NCBI GenBank assembly: GCA_963824735.1
Contig: CAWGQH010000002.1
Span: 42,066 to 106,065 of the forward strand
Reading direction: 5' to 3'
Length of the DNA: 64,000 bases
Source of the DNA: an uncultured Chloroflexia bacterium
GTDB taxonomy: Bacteria > Chloroflexota > Limnocylindria > Limnocylindrales > CSP1-4
Position numbers and translations under genes: made by a program. Below, piece by piece: positions 53,324 to 63,383 of the stretch. Position 1 is the stretch's first letter. Every line of letters starts with the position of its first letter. The notes beneath the pieces were generated by a model. That model did not search any database, had not been told where the DNA came from, and worked only from the letters and a program-made list of their open reading frames with translations.

Positions 53324-53333
53324 CTGGCGCGGC

Positions 53334-53362
53334 ATTGTGCCACCTATATCTCCGATAAGCAA
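53334..53362 (-). promoter_or_regulatory. sigma70-type promoter of the leader / sulfurtransferase transcript
   Basis: TTGCTT, 17 nt, CACAAT with an extended -10 TG, 10 nt before the leader ATG. Confidence 0.6.
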
Positions 53363-53409
53363 GGTAGAACTTCGTTTCGTGGCGCAACCGCCGATCCGAG
53401 ATCGTTCGA

Positions 53410-53781
53410 TTCTCATCAGCCTGCTGGTCGGATAGCGTTCCGTCATCAACACGATGGCCATGTCGATCGCCGAACGAACGAGGGAGATCGGCATCAAGCG
53501 CGCGATCGGCGGAAGTCGCTTCCGCATCGTTCGCGAGCTCGTCACCGAGGCTGCGCTCATCGGGTTCATCGGCGGCGCCATCGGTCTGGTGCTCGGAACG
53601 CGTCGTCGTGCAGTTCGCGAACGAGGCGGGTCGTGAGTCGGGCACGGTCCTGTTCGAGATGACGATCGGGACCGCGCTGACAGCCGTGCTGTTCTCGACG
53701 ATCCTCGGCGCGGTCGCCGGGTTCGTCCCAGCTCTCCATGCCGCCCGGTTGGATCCGGTCACGGCACTGCGCTACGAATGA
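53410..53781 (+). pseudogene. C-terminal fragment of an FtsX/MacB-type ABC permease
   Basis: [54 protein letters not shown]. 5' part absent. Confidence 0.75.
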
Positions 53782-53796
53782 CCGGAGGACAGACCG

Positions 53797-54561
<765 letters not shown>

Positions 54562-54605
54562 GCCGATGCAACGTCGCATCGCCTATGGGCGGAGGAGGTG
54601 CCGGC

Positions 54606-54998
54606 ATGCCACACGCGACGGGAACGTTCGAGATCACGGGAATGCACGAGGACCCCTGGCACCAGGACGACGGTGAGCCGCGCCTGACGCGGGCCGGCGG
54701 CACGCAACGGTTCAGCGGCGACATCGAGGGTGACGGTGTGGTGGAGTGGGTCGCCTGCTACGGGGACGCCGGCGCGCGGCTCGTCGGCCTGCAGCACGTC
54801 CACGGGACGATCGATGGGCACAGCGGCGCATTCGTGATCGAGGCAACATCCAACCACGACGGAAAGCAGTCGTCCGGAACCTGGAAGGTCGTTGGTGGCA
54901 GCGGCAGCGGCGAACTCAGCGGGATCGCGGGAAACGGCAGTTTCGAGGCGGCCGGCGGCCGGTCCGTCGCCTACCGGCTCGACTACCAGCTCCGCTGA
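54606..54998 (+). CDS. DUF3224 family protein
   Basis: [48 protein letters not shown]. Confidence 0.85.
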   Translation: MPHATGTFEITGMHEDPWHQDDGEPRLTRAGGTQRFSGDIEGDGVVEWVACYGDAGARLVGLQHVHGTIDGHSGAFVIEATSNHDGKQSSGTWKVVGGSGSGELSGIAGNGSFEAAGGRSVAYRLDYQLR

Positions 54999-55008
54999 CA
55001 GCCCTCCG

Positions 55009-56652
55009 TCAGGCCTCAGCCGCCAACGCGTCCGACACCAGCTGCTGTGCCTCCTCGATCAGCCGGCCAAGGTGCGCTTCGCCGCGGAAGCTCTCCGCGT
55101 AGACCTTGTAGACATCCTCGGTCCCGGACGGCCTCGCGGCGAACCAGCCCGATTCGGTCGCGACCTTCAGGCCACCGATCGGGGCGCCGTTGCCGGGCGC
55201 CGTCGTGAGGATCGCGCTGATCGGCTCGCCGGCGAGGGTGGCGGCACGCACCGCGTCGGGGGCCAGCCGGCCCAGCACCGCCTTTTCCGCGGGCGTCGCG
55301 CGCGCGTCGATCCGCCGGTAGGCAGGCGACCCGAAGCGTCCGGTCAGCTCCCGGTACGCTGCCCCCGGATCGCGACCGGTGCGCGCCGTCAGCTCCGCGG
55401 TGAGGAGACACGCAATGATCCCGTCCTTGTCGGTGGTCCACACGGTTCCGTCGCGGCGCAGGAACGACGCCCCGGCACTCTCCTCGCCGCCGAAGCCAAC
55501 CGTGCCGTCGACCAGCCCATCGACGAACCACTTGAACCCCACTGGCACCTCGAGCAGGCGCCGCCCCAGGTCGGCCGTGACGCGATCGATCATCGCGCTC
55601 GAGACGAGCGTCTTGCCGACGGCGACGCCCGGGTCCCAGGCGCGGCCGCCGCCGAACAGATAGGCGATCGCTGTCGAGAGGACATGGTTCGGATTGAGCA
55701 GCCCGTCGGACGGCGTGACGATCCCGTGGCGGTCGGCGTCGGCATCGTTGCCGAACGCGATATCGAACCGATCGCGGAGCCCGACCAGGCGGGCCATGGC
55801 ATAGGGTGACGACGGATCCATCCGGATGCGCCCATCCCAGTCAACGGTCATGAACCCGAACTGCGGGTCCACGACGCCGTTGGTCACGGTCAGGTCGAGG
55901 CCGTAGCGCTCCGCGATGGCCGGCCAGTAGTCGACCGACGCGCCCCCGAGCGGATCGACCCCGATGCGCAGCCCCGAGCCGCGGATCGCGTCCATGTCGA
56001 GGACCGAACCCAGATCGTCGACGTAGCGCGCGACGAAGTCGTAGCGCCCCGCCTGGGCGATCGCGCGCTCGAACGGCACCCGCTCGATCCGCTCGACCCC
56101 GGCCTCGAGGAGGCGGTTCGCCTCTTCCTGGATCCAGCCCGTCACGTCGGTGTCCGCGGGCCCGCCGTTCGGCGGGTTGTACTTGAAGCCACCGTCCTCG
56201 GGCGGATTGTGCGACGGCGTCACCACGATGCCGTCGGCCAGCCCGTCGTGCCGGCCGCGGTTGTGGGTCAGGATCGCGTGCGAGAGCGCCGGCGTCGGTG
56301 CCGGGCGGTCCGCGGTGTCGACGAGGGCGTCGACACCGCCGGCCACCAGGACTTCGAGGGCCGTCCGCGTGGCGGGCTCCGAGAGCGCGTGCGTGTCCCG
56401 GGCAAGAAACAGCGGACCGTCGATGCCCCGCGAGCGGCGGTAGCGCACGACCGCTTCGCTCGCGGCGAGGATGTGCGCCTCATTGAACGACGTGCGCAGC
56501 GAGGACCCGCGGTGTCCGGACGTTCCGAACGCGATCCGCTGCCCGGCGATGGCCGGGTCAGGGACTGCATCGTGGTACGCGGCGAGCAGCCGCTCGACGT
56601 CGACGAGCGAAGCAGGGTCGGCCGGGTGTCCGGCCCGGGTGTCGACCGTCAC
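55009..56652 (-). CDS. pgm: phosphoglucomutase
   Basis: FGTSGHRGSS, TPSHNPP, DADADRH, FGGEESAG, RPSGTE. Confidence 0.95.
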   Translation of the reverse strand: MTVDTRAGHPADPASLVDVERLLAAYHDAVPDPAIAGQRIAFGTSGHRGSSLRTSFNEAHILAASEAVVRYRRSRGIDGPLFLARDTHALSEPATRTALEVLVAGGVDALVDTADRPAPTPALSHAILTHNRGRHDGLADGIVVTPSHNPPEDGGFKYNPPNGGPADTDVTGWIQEEANRLLEAGVERIERVPFERAIAQAGRYDFVARYVDDLGSVLDMDAIRGSGLRIGVDPLGGASVDYWPAIAERYGLDLTVTNGVVDPQFGFMTVDWDGRIRMDPSSPYAMARLVGLRDRFDIAFGNDADADRHGIVTPSDGLLNPNHVLSTAIAYLFGGGRAWDPGVAVGKTLVSSAMIDRVTADLGRRLLEVPVGFKWFVDGLVDGTVGFGGEESAGASFLRRDGTVWTTDKDGIIACLLTAELTARTGRDPGAAYRELTGRFGSPAYRRIDARATPAEKAVLGRLAPDAVRAATLAGEPISAILTTAPGNGAPIGGLKVATESGWFAARPSGTEDVYKVYAESFRGEAHLGRLIEEAQQLVSDALAAEA

Positions 56653-56984
56653 CGACCGGCGCCCGGCGGCCGGGAGCCCGTCGCGTGGCGCAGGAACCGG
56701 TACTGCGGATAGCCGATGCCCACGACCACCAGCCAGGCGAACCCGCCCAGCAGCCGGACCGCGCTGGCCGCCAGACCATCCTGGCCGATCACGATCGCGA
56801 TGGCATGCACGCCCAACGCGACGACGAGCACGACCGTTGCGAGGAGCCCGAGCCGGAGCGCCAACGGTTCGGCGTGCAGGGCGACAAGGATCGGCCGGGC
56901 ACGCCGAGCCCAGAACCAGATCACGGCGGCGATCACGACGGCGTCGAACAGGAGCTGGACGGTCGTCCCGCTGGGCAGATCCAT
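56649..56984 (-). CDS. hypothetical 3-TM membrane protein
   Basis: Hydrophobic helices. TATCCT 7 nt before ATG. Stop overlaps the pgm GTG. Confidence 0.65.
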   Translation of the reverse strand: MDLPSGTTVQLLFDAVVIAAVIWFWARRARPILVALHAEPLALRLGLLATVVLVVALGVHAIAIVIGQDGLAASAVRLLGGFAWLVVVGIGYPQYRFLRHATGSRPPGAGR

Positions 56985-57006
56985 CCGTAACAGGATAGCC
57001 GCGACG

Positions 57007-57210
57007 TCAGCCGGCCTGGATCCCTCCGAAGCGTCGGATGATCTCGCGGAGCTGGGGGTCGCGCCACGTGTGCGCCGGCAACGTCATCTCGGCGCGCTCC
57101 CCTACCCGCCGCACCTCGATCTCACCCCAGGTCTGGGCGGTATACAGGCGCTTCAGCTCGGCGGCGGCGCCATACGCATTGGCGGCGGCAACGAAGACGA
57201 TGATGACCAC
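57007..57210 (-). CDS. small hypothetical protein
   Basis: MVIIVFVAAANAYGAAAELKRLY..., with an AGGA RBS-like sequence upstream. Confidence 0.5.
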   Translation of the reverse strand: MVIIVFVAAANAYGAAAELKRLYTAQTWGEIEVRRVGERAEMTLPAHTWRDPQLREIIRRFGGIQAG

Positions 57211-57360
57211 GGATCCTGCGCCCTCCGATCCTTCGACGTGGAGCGTGACGGTTGACGGGTGACAGGGACGTGAATGCCTGCCCTGATCGGGCGACAAGCC
57301 GGACAAGATCAGCGCCCGGGCCATTGGCTCGGGCGCTGTCTGCGTCACGGTGCGGGAGCG

Positions 57361-57638
57361 TCAGACCGTCCCGCCAGTTCCTCTCCTCCCGGCGACCAGG
57401 TTGTAGCCGAAAACGACGATCACAGCACCAACCGTGGCGACGATGATCGTGGTCAGGTTGATCCCGGTGAGGTAGTCGCCGCCGGTGCAGCAGCGCCGGC
57501 GATGAAGCCGCCGACCACCGCGCCGACGATCCCGAGCAGGATCCGGCCGATGATCCCCAGGCCCTCGTCACCCGTGACGAGGAACCCCGCGAGGATGCCG
57601 GCGATCGCGCCGACGACGATCCACGAAACGATTCCCAT
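57361..57638 (-). CDS. GlsB/YeaQ/YmgE (transglycosylase-associated) membrane protein (frameshifted)
   Basis: MGIVSWIVVGAIAGILA..ILLGIVGAVVGG..TGINLTTIIVATVGAV. AAGGAG RBS. Confidence 0.85.
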
Positions 57639-57936
57639 CTTGGCTCCTTCTCTCGGCGGCTGGGCGGCTGCCGTCTTCATAGTTGTGCCGAGTTTCCCGG
57701 CAGAGCGTGCGCGATGCCCCCTTTCGCGCCCGCCATAGCCGGAGCATCCGGAGATTGCGCGCGGCTGACGAACCGCCCGGCCCTGCACGAATGGGCCGGC
57801 TCCGGTGCGACGCGTAATGGTTCTGTAATGTCGATGCGGCGGGCGCGGGGCGGACCGCAAGCGGCGCTGGTGATCCTGAACGTGCCTGTATTGGTCTTGA
57901 GCGAGCGCGCGCCGTCGTCGCCCGAGCGGAGGAGCC

Positions 57937-58284
57937 ATGCCGAATCGGCCTGCCACCGCCGTCTCAGGCCCGCTCCTCCCCGAGCTGCAGCCCGGCGAGG
58001 ATGTGTGGGCCTTGCTCGCCCTGCCCTCGCTCACGCTGCTCGCCACGGATCGACGGCTCCTCACGCGAAGCGGCGACCGCGTCGAGACGTGGGACTACCG
58101 GGCGATCACCCAGGTAGGCCCGGCCGGGATCGAGGGTGACGTGGTGATCTCGTTCCTCGACGGCCATCGTCCGCTGGTCGTTCACGCCAAAGGCGACGAG
58201 GGTGCGATGCAGGCGTTGACCGTGATCGGGCTGCTCGTGGCCCAGTCACGGCGCCTCGAACGCGTGCAGGCGGCGACGCGCTGA
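57937..58284 (+). CDS. hypothetical protein (PH-like fold possible)
   Basis: GGAGGAG RBS, LQPGEDV..LLATDRRLL pattern. Confidence 0.6.
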   Translation: MPNRPATAVSGPLLPELQPGEDVWALLALPSLTLLATDRRLLTRSGDRVETWDYRAITQVGPAGIEGDVVISFLDGHRPLVVHAKGDEGAMQALTVIGLLVAQSRRLERVQAATR

Positions 58285-58331
58285 ACCGCGGCCAATCTCG
58301 GGGCGCTCGCCCGGCCTAGACTCGGGCGCAC

Positions 58332-59192
58332 ATGCATGAGCCGCATCCGGACGCAGACGACATCCGCCCGGCGTCCGACGCCGAGCGAGCGGACGCGGCC
58401 GGGATGCACCGGGCGAACCGCGCCGCGTGGGACGAGGCCGCGGAACGTTACGAGCGCTGGCTGCCCGAGGCCATCGAGCTGATCCGGGCGGGCGGGAGCA
58501 ACCTGTTTCCCGTCGAGGAAGCGCTCATCGGCGACCTGCGCGGTCGCTGCCGGCGCGCCATCCACCTGCAGTGCGCGGGCGGACGGGACACCTTGTCACT
58601 GTGGAACCTGGGTGCAGACGAGGTGATCGGCATCGACTTCAGCCCGCGCATGCTCGAGCTCGCCGGGATGCTGTCTGCCGCGGTCGGCGCGCCGGCCCGC
58701 TGGGTCCTCGCCGACGTCATCGACGCACCGGCCGAGCTGGATGGCACGGCCGACCTCGTGTACACGGGCCGGGGGGCGCTCATCTGGCTGCACGACCTTG
58801 ATGCCTGGGCGGCGGTGATCTGTCGGCTCCTCGCCGCCGATGGCCGGCTGGTCCTGTTCGACGGCCACCCCGCCGAATGGCTCTTCGACGGCGACGCCGA
58901 CGGCCACTGGGTCGCGACGGGATACGACTACTTCGGCGGCACGGAGGCGTCGCGCGGATGGGCGCCCGAGTACATCGACCGGCTGTCGATCCCCGACGCC
59001 GAGCAGAGCTGGAAGTTCGCCCGGGCATGGACGATCGGGGAGGTCGTCACCGCCCTCGTCGGCGCCGGCCTCCGGCTCGAACGGCTCGCCGAACATCCGG
59101 TGGACTGGTGGGGCGGCCACGACGACGTCCGGCCCGAGGAGCGCGGTCGAGTTCCGCTGTCGTTCTCGGTCGTCGCGAGACGCGCCGGCTGA
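58332..59192 (+). CDS. class I SAM-dependent methyltransferase
   Basis: NRAAWDE, IHLQCAGGRDTLSL, GIDFSPRML, DLVYTGRGALIWL, DGHP. Confidence 0.9.
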   Translation: MHEPHPDADDIRPASDAERADAAGMHRANRAAWDEAAERYERWLPEAIELIRAGGSNLFPVEEALIGDLRGRCRRAIHLQCAGGRDTLSLWNLGADEVIGIDFSPRMLELAGMLSAAVGAPARWVLADVIDAPAELDGTADLVYTGRGALIWLHDLDAWAAVICRLLAADGRLVLFDGHPAEWLFDGDADGHWVATGYDYFGGTEASRGWAPEYIDRLSIPDAEQSWKFARAWTIGEVVTALVGAGLRLERLAEHPVDWWGGHDDVRPEERGRVPLSFSVVARRAG

Positions 59193-59200
59193 CGGTCGCC

Positions 59201-61139
59201 TCAGCGCTCGGGCCGGTCACCCACCGAGATCCATGCCTGATCGAGCGCGACCTGGATGACCGTCGGCAGTTCGGCCACGAGCGCCTGCCGGAGGGCCGGC
59301 TCGAACTCGTCATCGCGCTCCACGACGGCACCTCGCGCGCCACACGCGCGGGCGACGGCGGCGAAATCGACCGGACCGAGCTCCGTCGCGACGCCCTGGC
59401 CGCTGCCGCGCCGCTCCTGCCACATCCGGATCGTGCCGTAGCGCTGGTTGTCGAAGACGACGACGATCACACGTGCCCGCTCGCGCACGGCGGTTTCGAG
59501 CTCGGCGAGCGTCATCCCGAGGCCGCCATCGCCGACGAGCGCAACCGCCGGCCGATCGCGATGGACCAGCGCCGCGGCGATCGCGGCCGGCAGCCCGTAG
59601 CCCATGGCTCCCGAGGTTGGGCCCAGGAAGGTGCCCGGCTTGCGGAACCGGAACCCGCGGTTGAGCCAGCCGGCGAAGTTGCCGGCATCACTCGTGACGA
59701 TCGCATCGTCAGGCAGCACGCGGCGGAGCGTGGCGATCGTGCGTCCCGGATGGACGCCGGGCCCGTCCCACGTGCCGTCGTCGACGACCGTGGCCGCCTC
59801 CCAGGCTGCCCGGTCGGCCACGTTGCGGGCCTGGCGCCCGTCGACGGACGCGGCGTCGAGCACCGCGTGATTGAGGAGCCGGTCGATCGACGCGCGCAGG
59901 AATGACCGCGCATCGCTGGCGATCGAGAGGGTCGGAGTGGGCAGGCCAGGCGGCACCCGTGGATCGATGTCGACGTGCGCCCAGTGGCTGCCCGCAGCCG
60001 GGACGCGGTATTCGAAGGTCGTCGTCTCGGACAGGCGGCAGCCCAGGACCAGGAGCGCATCCGCGGCTTCGATCCGCTCGCGGACGATGTCGGGGGCGCC
60101 GAGGCCGGCCATGCCGAGGTAGAGCGGGCTTTCGTTCGAGATCACGTCCCCGCGCCGCCACGACGCGACAACCGGGACGCGCAGCAGCTCGGCGAATCGC
60201 GTCAAATCCGTCGAGGTGCGGGCCCGCAGGACGCCCGCCCCGGCCAGGATCAACGGTCGCTCCGCACTCGTCAGCAGACGGAGCACGGCGCGGACGTCCT
60301 CGTCCGTCGGACGGGCCGTCGGTGGACGGCTGATCTCGAGCCGGGTCTCGCCCGGGACGGTCTCATCGAGCAGGTCCTCGGGGAGCGACAGCAGGACCGG
60401 GCCGGGCCGGCCGCCGAGGGCCTGCCGGACGGCTTCCGGGAGCGCCGCTACGAGCTCATCGACAGATGCTGGCTCGGCGCTCCACTTGGCAAGTCGCCCG
60501 AAGGACTCGGTCTGGTCGACCTCCTGGAATGCCTCACGGCCGCGATAGGTGCGCTCGACCTGGCCGACGATCGCGAACATCGGTGTCGAGTCCTGCAATG
60601 CGGTGTGGATCCCGATCGCCAGGTTCGCCGCACCGACCGCGCGCGTCCCGAGGCAGGCGGCGGGTCGGCCGGTCAGTTGTCCGTAGGCCTCGGCCATGAA
60701 CGCCGCCGCGCCCTCGTGGCGGGTCGCCACGACGCGAATCCCCACGTCGCCGAGCGCCTCGAGGACGCCGAGGAAGCTCTCCCCGGGAACCGTAAATGCG
60801 TAACGGACACCGGCGGCACGCAGGGCTTCGGCCACGAGATGACCCGCCGAACGCGGCGCTGCCGGTGCCTCGACCGCAGGGGGCTCGGGTTCGAAGCGCT
60901 GACTCCTCGCCAGGCACGGCTGCGTCGTCCGGCTCGAGCGTTTCGGATTCGGCGGCCGGCGGCGCATCGTCGGCGTGCTCACCTTCGTGCTCCTCCGCAT
61001 CCGCCTCCTCCGGCATCCAGGATTCGAATTCCTGTGGTTCGGGCGCCGGGGGCGCCTCGAGGGTCGGGCTCGGCTCCGGCGGGGCGGGCTCGGGGTCGTC
61101 GACCTCGAGCGGGGCGGCCGGCTGCTGCGGTTCGGTCAC
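59201..61139 (-). CDS. thiamine pyrophosphate-binding enzyme (acetolactate synthase-like) with acidic N-terminal extension (frameshift near 60893)
   Basis: FTVPGESFL, TRHEGAAAFMAEAYG, EAFQE, SGAMGYGLPAA, GDGG..NQRYG. Confidence 0.9.
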
Positions 61140-61163
61140 GACACGCTCCTGAGGGTTGTGACG

Positions 61164-61265
61164 CTAGAGGGCCATGGGCGCGATGACGGCGGACAGGATG
61201 AGGCCGAAGATGACGACGATGACGACCACGATCATGACGATGCGGCTGACGCGCTCACTCGGCAT
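61164..61265 (-). CDS. 33-aa single-TM small protein
   Basis: MPSERVSRIVMIVVVIVVIFGLILSAVIAPMAL* between yajQ and the TPP gene, below the ORF-track length cutoff. Confidence 0.6.
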   Translation of the reverse strand: MPSERVSRIVMIVVVIVVIFGLILSAVIAPMAL

Positions 61266-61276
61266 CGACGCTGCCC

Positions 61277-61768
61277 TCAGCGGTAGTTCTGGAACTGGAG
61301 GGGAACCGGCTCGTCGAGCTCGCGCAGGCGGGCGATCACCTTCTGGAGGTCGTCCTTGCTCTTGCCCGACACCCGGACCGAGTCGCCCTGGATCTGCGAC
61401 TTGACCTTCGGAAACTCGTCGCGGATCAGCTTCGTCAGGCGCTTCGCGAGGTCGTCGGGCAGGCCACGCCGCAGGCCGATCTCCTGGCGGACCTTGCTCC
61501 CGCCCGCCGGCTCGACCTTGCCCCAGTCGAAGATCTTGAGCGACAGGTTGCGCCGGATCGCCTTCGATTCGATGAGGTCCCGGACGGCGGCCGCGCGATG
61601 CTCGTCGTCGGTGAGCAGGGTCAGCTCGGTTTTGCCCTGGGTCAGCTCGACCGTGACGCCCTTGAAGTCGTAGCGCTGCTGAACCTCGCGACGCACCTGG
61701 TCGAGCGCGTTGCGAAGCTCCTGCTCGTCGAAGTCGCTGACGACGTCGAAGGAACTCTCCCCTGCCAT
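61277..61768 (-). CDS. yajQ: YajQ family cyclic di-GMP-binding protein
   Basis: SFDVVS..QELRNALDQ..RYDFKG, KVKSQIQGD.VRVSGKSKDDLQ, LQFQNYR. Confidence 0.95.
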   Translation of the reverse strand: MAGESSFDVVSDFDEQELRNALDQVRREVQQRYDFKGVTVELTQGKTELTLLTDDEHRAAAVRDLIESKAIRRNLSLKIFDWGKVEPAGGSKVRQEIGLRRGLPDDLAKRLTKLIRDEFPKVKSQIQGDSVRVSGKSKDDLQKVIARLRELDEPVPLQFQNYR

Positions 61769-61802
61769 CGATCCTCCTCCTGCGGCACGCCAGTATCCCG
61801 GA

Positions 61803-63383
61803 TCAGCCGGTTTGACGCGACCCCAGCCGTTCGAGCAGCAGCTCCCCGATGCGGTAGCTCCGGCCGCCGCCCATGACGAGCACGGCGTCCCCGCTCCGGA
61901 CCTCGCCGGCCAGCCATGCCGCGGTGTCCTCCACGGAGCCTGGTGCGCCGACGGGGATCTCCGGACGACGAGCCCCGACGGCTTCAGCGAGGCCCGCCGC
62001 CGATGCGACCGTCGTGTCCGGGTCGCGGCCTGCCCAGATGTCGGCCACCGCCACCGCGTCTGCCTCGGCAAGGACTTCCGCGAAGTCGTCCAGCATGGCC
62101 GCAGTCCGGTGGAAGGTCAGCGGCTCGTACACGGCCCACAGCCGACGGCCCGGCTCGCGCTGGCGCAGGGCGCCGATCGTCTCGCGGATCGCCGTCGGGT
62201 GGTGCCCGTAGTCGTCGTACACGGTCACGCCGCTCGCCTCGCCCTTCCGTTCGAGGCGCCGTCCGACGCCGGCGAACGAAGCAGCGCCCGCGAGCACCGG
62301 CTCCGACGCGAGATCCAGCGCGCGTGCCGCCGCGATGACGCCAAGCGCATTGGCGACGTTGTGGCGCCCGGCCGTCGCCAGGCGGATGGTGCGGGGCTCG
62401 CCGAGGAGCGCACGGCTGAACAGCTCAACGGTCGTGCCATCGGGGTCGGCCGCGGCGATCCGAGCGAGCAGCACCGGCACCGGATCCCCGCCGTCGGCAA
62501 ACTCCTCGGCGAGCCCACGGGCGAAGCCGTCGAGCCGCTGCGCGGAAGCGTCGATCACCGCGGTCAGGATCAGGCTGCCAGGCCATGAGCCGACCAGCCG
62601 CCGAACCAGCGCCGCCACGTTGGGGTCGCCGACGTTGGCGATGAGCGTCGGCCGGACCCGGGCGTTGCCGGCGGCCGCGGACCGGATCCACGTCTCGAAG
62701 ACACCGCTCACGGCGGCAGTGTCGGCGAACACGTCCGGGTGGTCCCACTCGACGGATGTCAGCACAGCCAGGTCCGGCCGGTATGGGTCGAAGTTGCCGG
62801 CGTACTCGTCGGCCTCCACGACGAACGGGCCCGAGCCCCAGCGGGCGGTTGCGGGCACACCACCGGTCACCGACGTGGGCAGCAGTGCCCCGACAAACGC
62901 AGCAGGATCGGCGCCGGCGGCCACGAGCGTGTGCACGAGCCAGCCCGAGGTGGTGCTCTTCCCGTGCGTCCCGGCAACCGCCACGAGCGTCCGCCCAAAC
63001 GCCGCGTCGGCGACCACCTGCTGCCACGGCTCCAGCGGGATCCGCGCCGACCGGGCGGCGGCCAGCTCCGGGTGGTCGGGATCGACCGCCGTCAGGGCCT
63101 TGGTGACGGCAAGCCGGTGCGGCGGGTGGGGACCGCTCACATGCGTGGGGTCGTGGGCCCAGGCGAGCGGGATCCCGGCCGCTTCGAGGGCCGGCGTGTA
63201 CTGCGACGGTCCACCGGGATCGCAACCACTCACGACACCACCGGCGCGCTGGGCGAGGAGGGCCGCGGCGCTCGCCCCGGCCCCCGCGGCACCGACCACG
63301 TGGATCCGCTCCCCGGCCACGATCGGCCGGGTGGCCCGAGCCCGGGCGAGGCCGGACCCGACCGCCGCCGCGTCGCGCGTCAC
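61803..63383 (-). CDS. murC: UDP-N-acetylmuramate--L-alanine ligase-like Mur ligase
   Basis: AGTHGKSTT, VEADEY, EWDHPD, GRHNVANA, GVGRRLE, DDYGHHPTAI. Confidence 0.8.
   Translation of the reverse strand: MTRDAAAVGSGLARARATRPIVAGERIHVVGAAGAGASAAALLAQRAGGVVSGCDPGGPSQYTPALEAAGIPLAWAHDPTHVSGPHPPHRLAVTKALTAVDPDHPELAAARSARIPLEPWQQVVADAAFGRTLVAVAGTHGKSTTSGWLVHTLVAAGADPAAFVGALLPTSVTGGVPATARWGSGPFVVEADEYAGNFDPYRPDLAVLTSVEWDHPDVFADTAAVSGVFETWIRSAAAGNARVRPTLIANVGDPNVAALVRRLVGSWPGSLILTAVIDASAQRLDGFARGLAEEFADGGDPVPVLLARIAAADPDGTTVELFSRALLGEPRTIRLATAGRHNVANALGVIAAARALDLASEPVLAGAASFAGVGRRLERKGEASGVTVYDDYGHHPTAIRETIGALRQREPGRRLWAVYEPLTFHRTAAMLDDFAEVLAEADAVAVADIWAGRDPDTTVASAAGLAEAVGARRPEIPVGAPGSVEDTAAWLAGEVRSGDAVLVMGGGRSYRIGELLLERLGSRQTG

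Noticed and set aside
53150-53330. SAM riboswitch or T-box upstream of the sulfurtransferase
   Set aside because: No ATC.AGAG core or T-box AAGGTGG..CC sequence. The leader-peptide model explains the region better.
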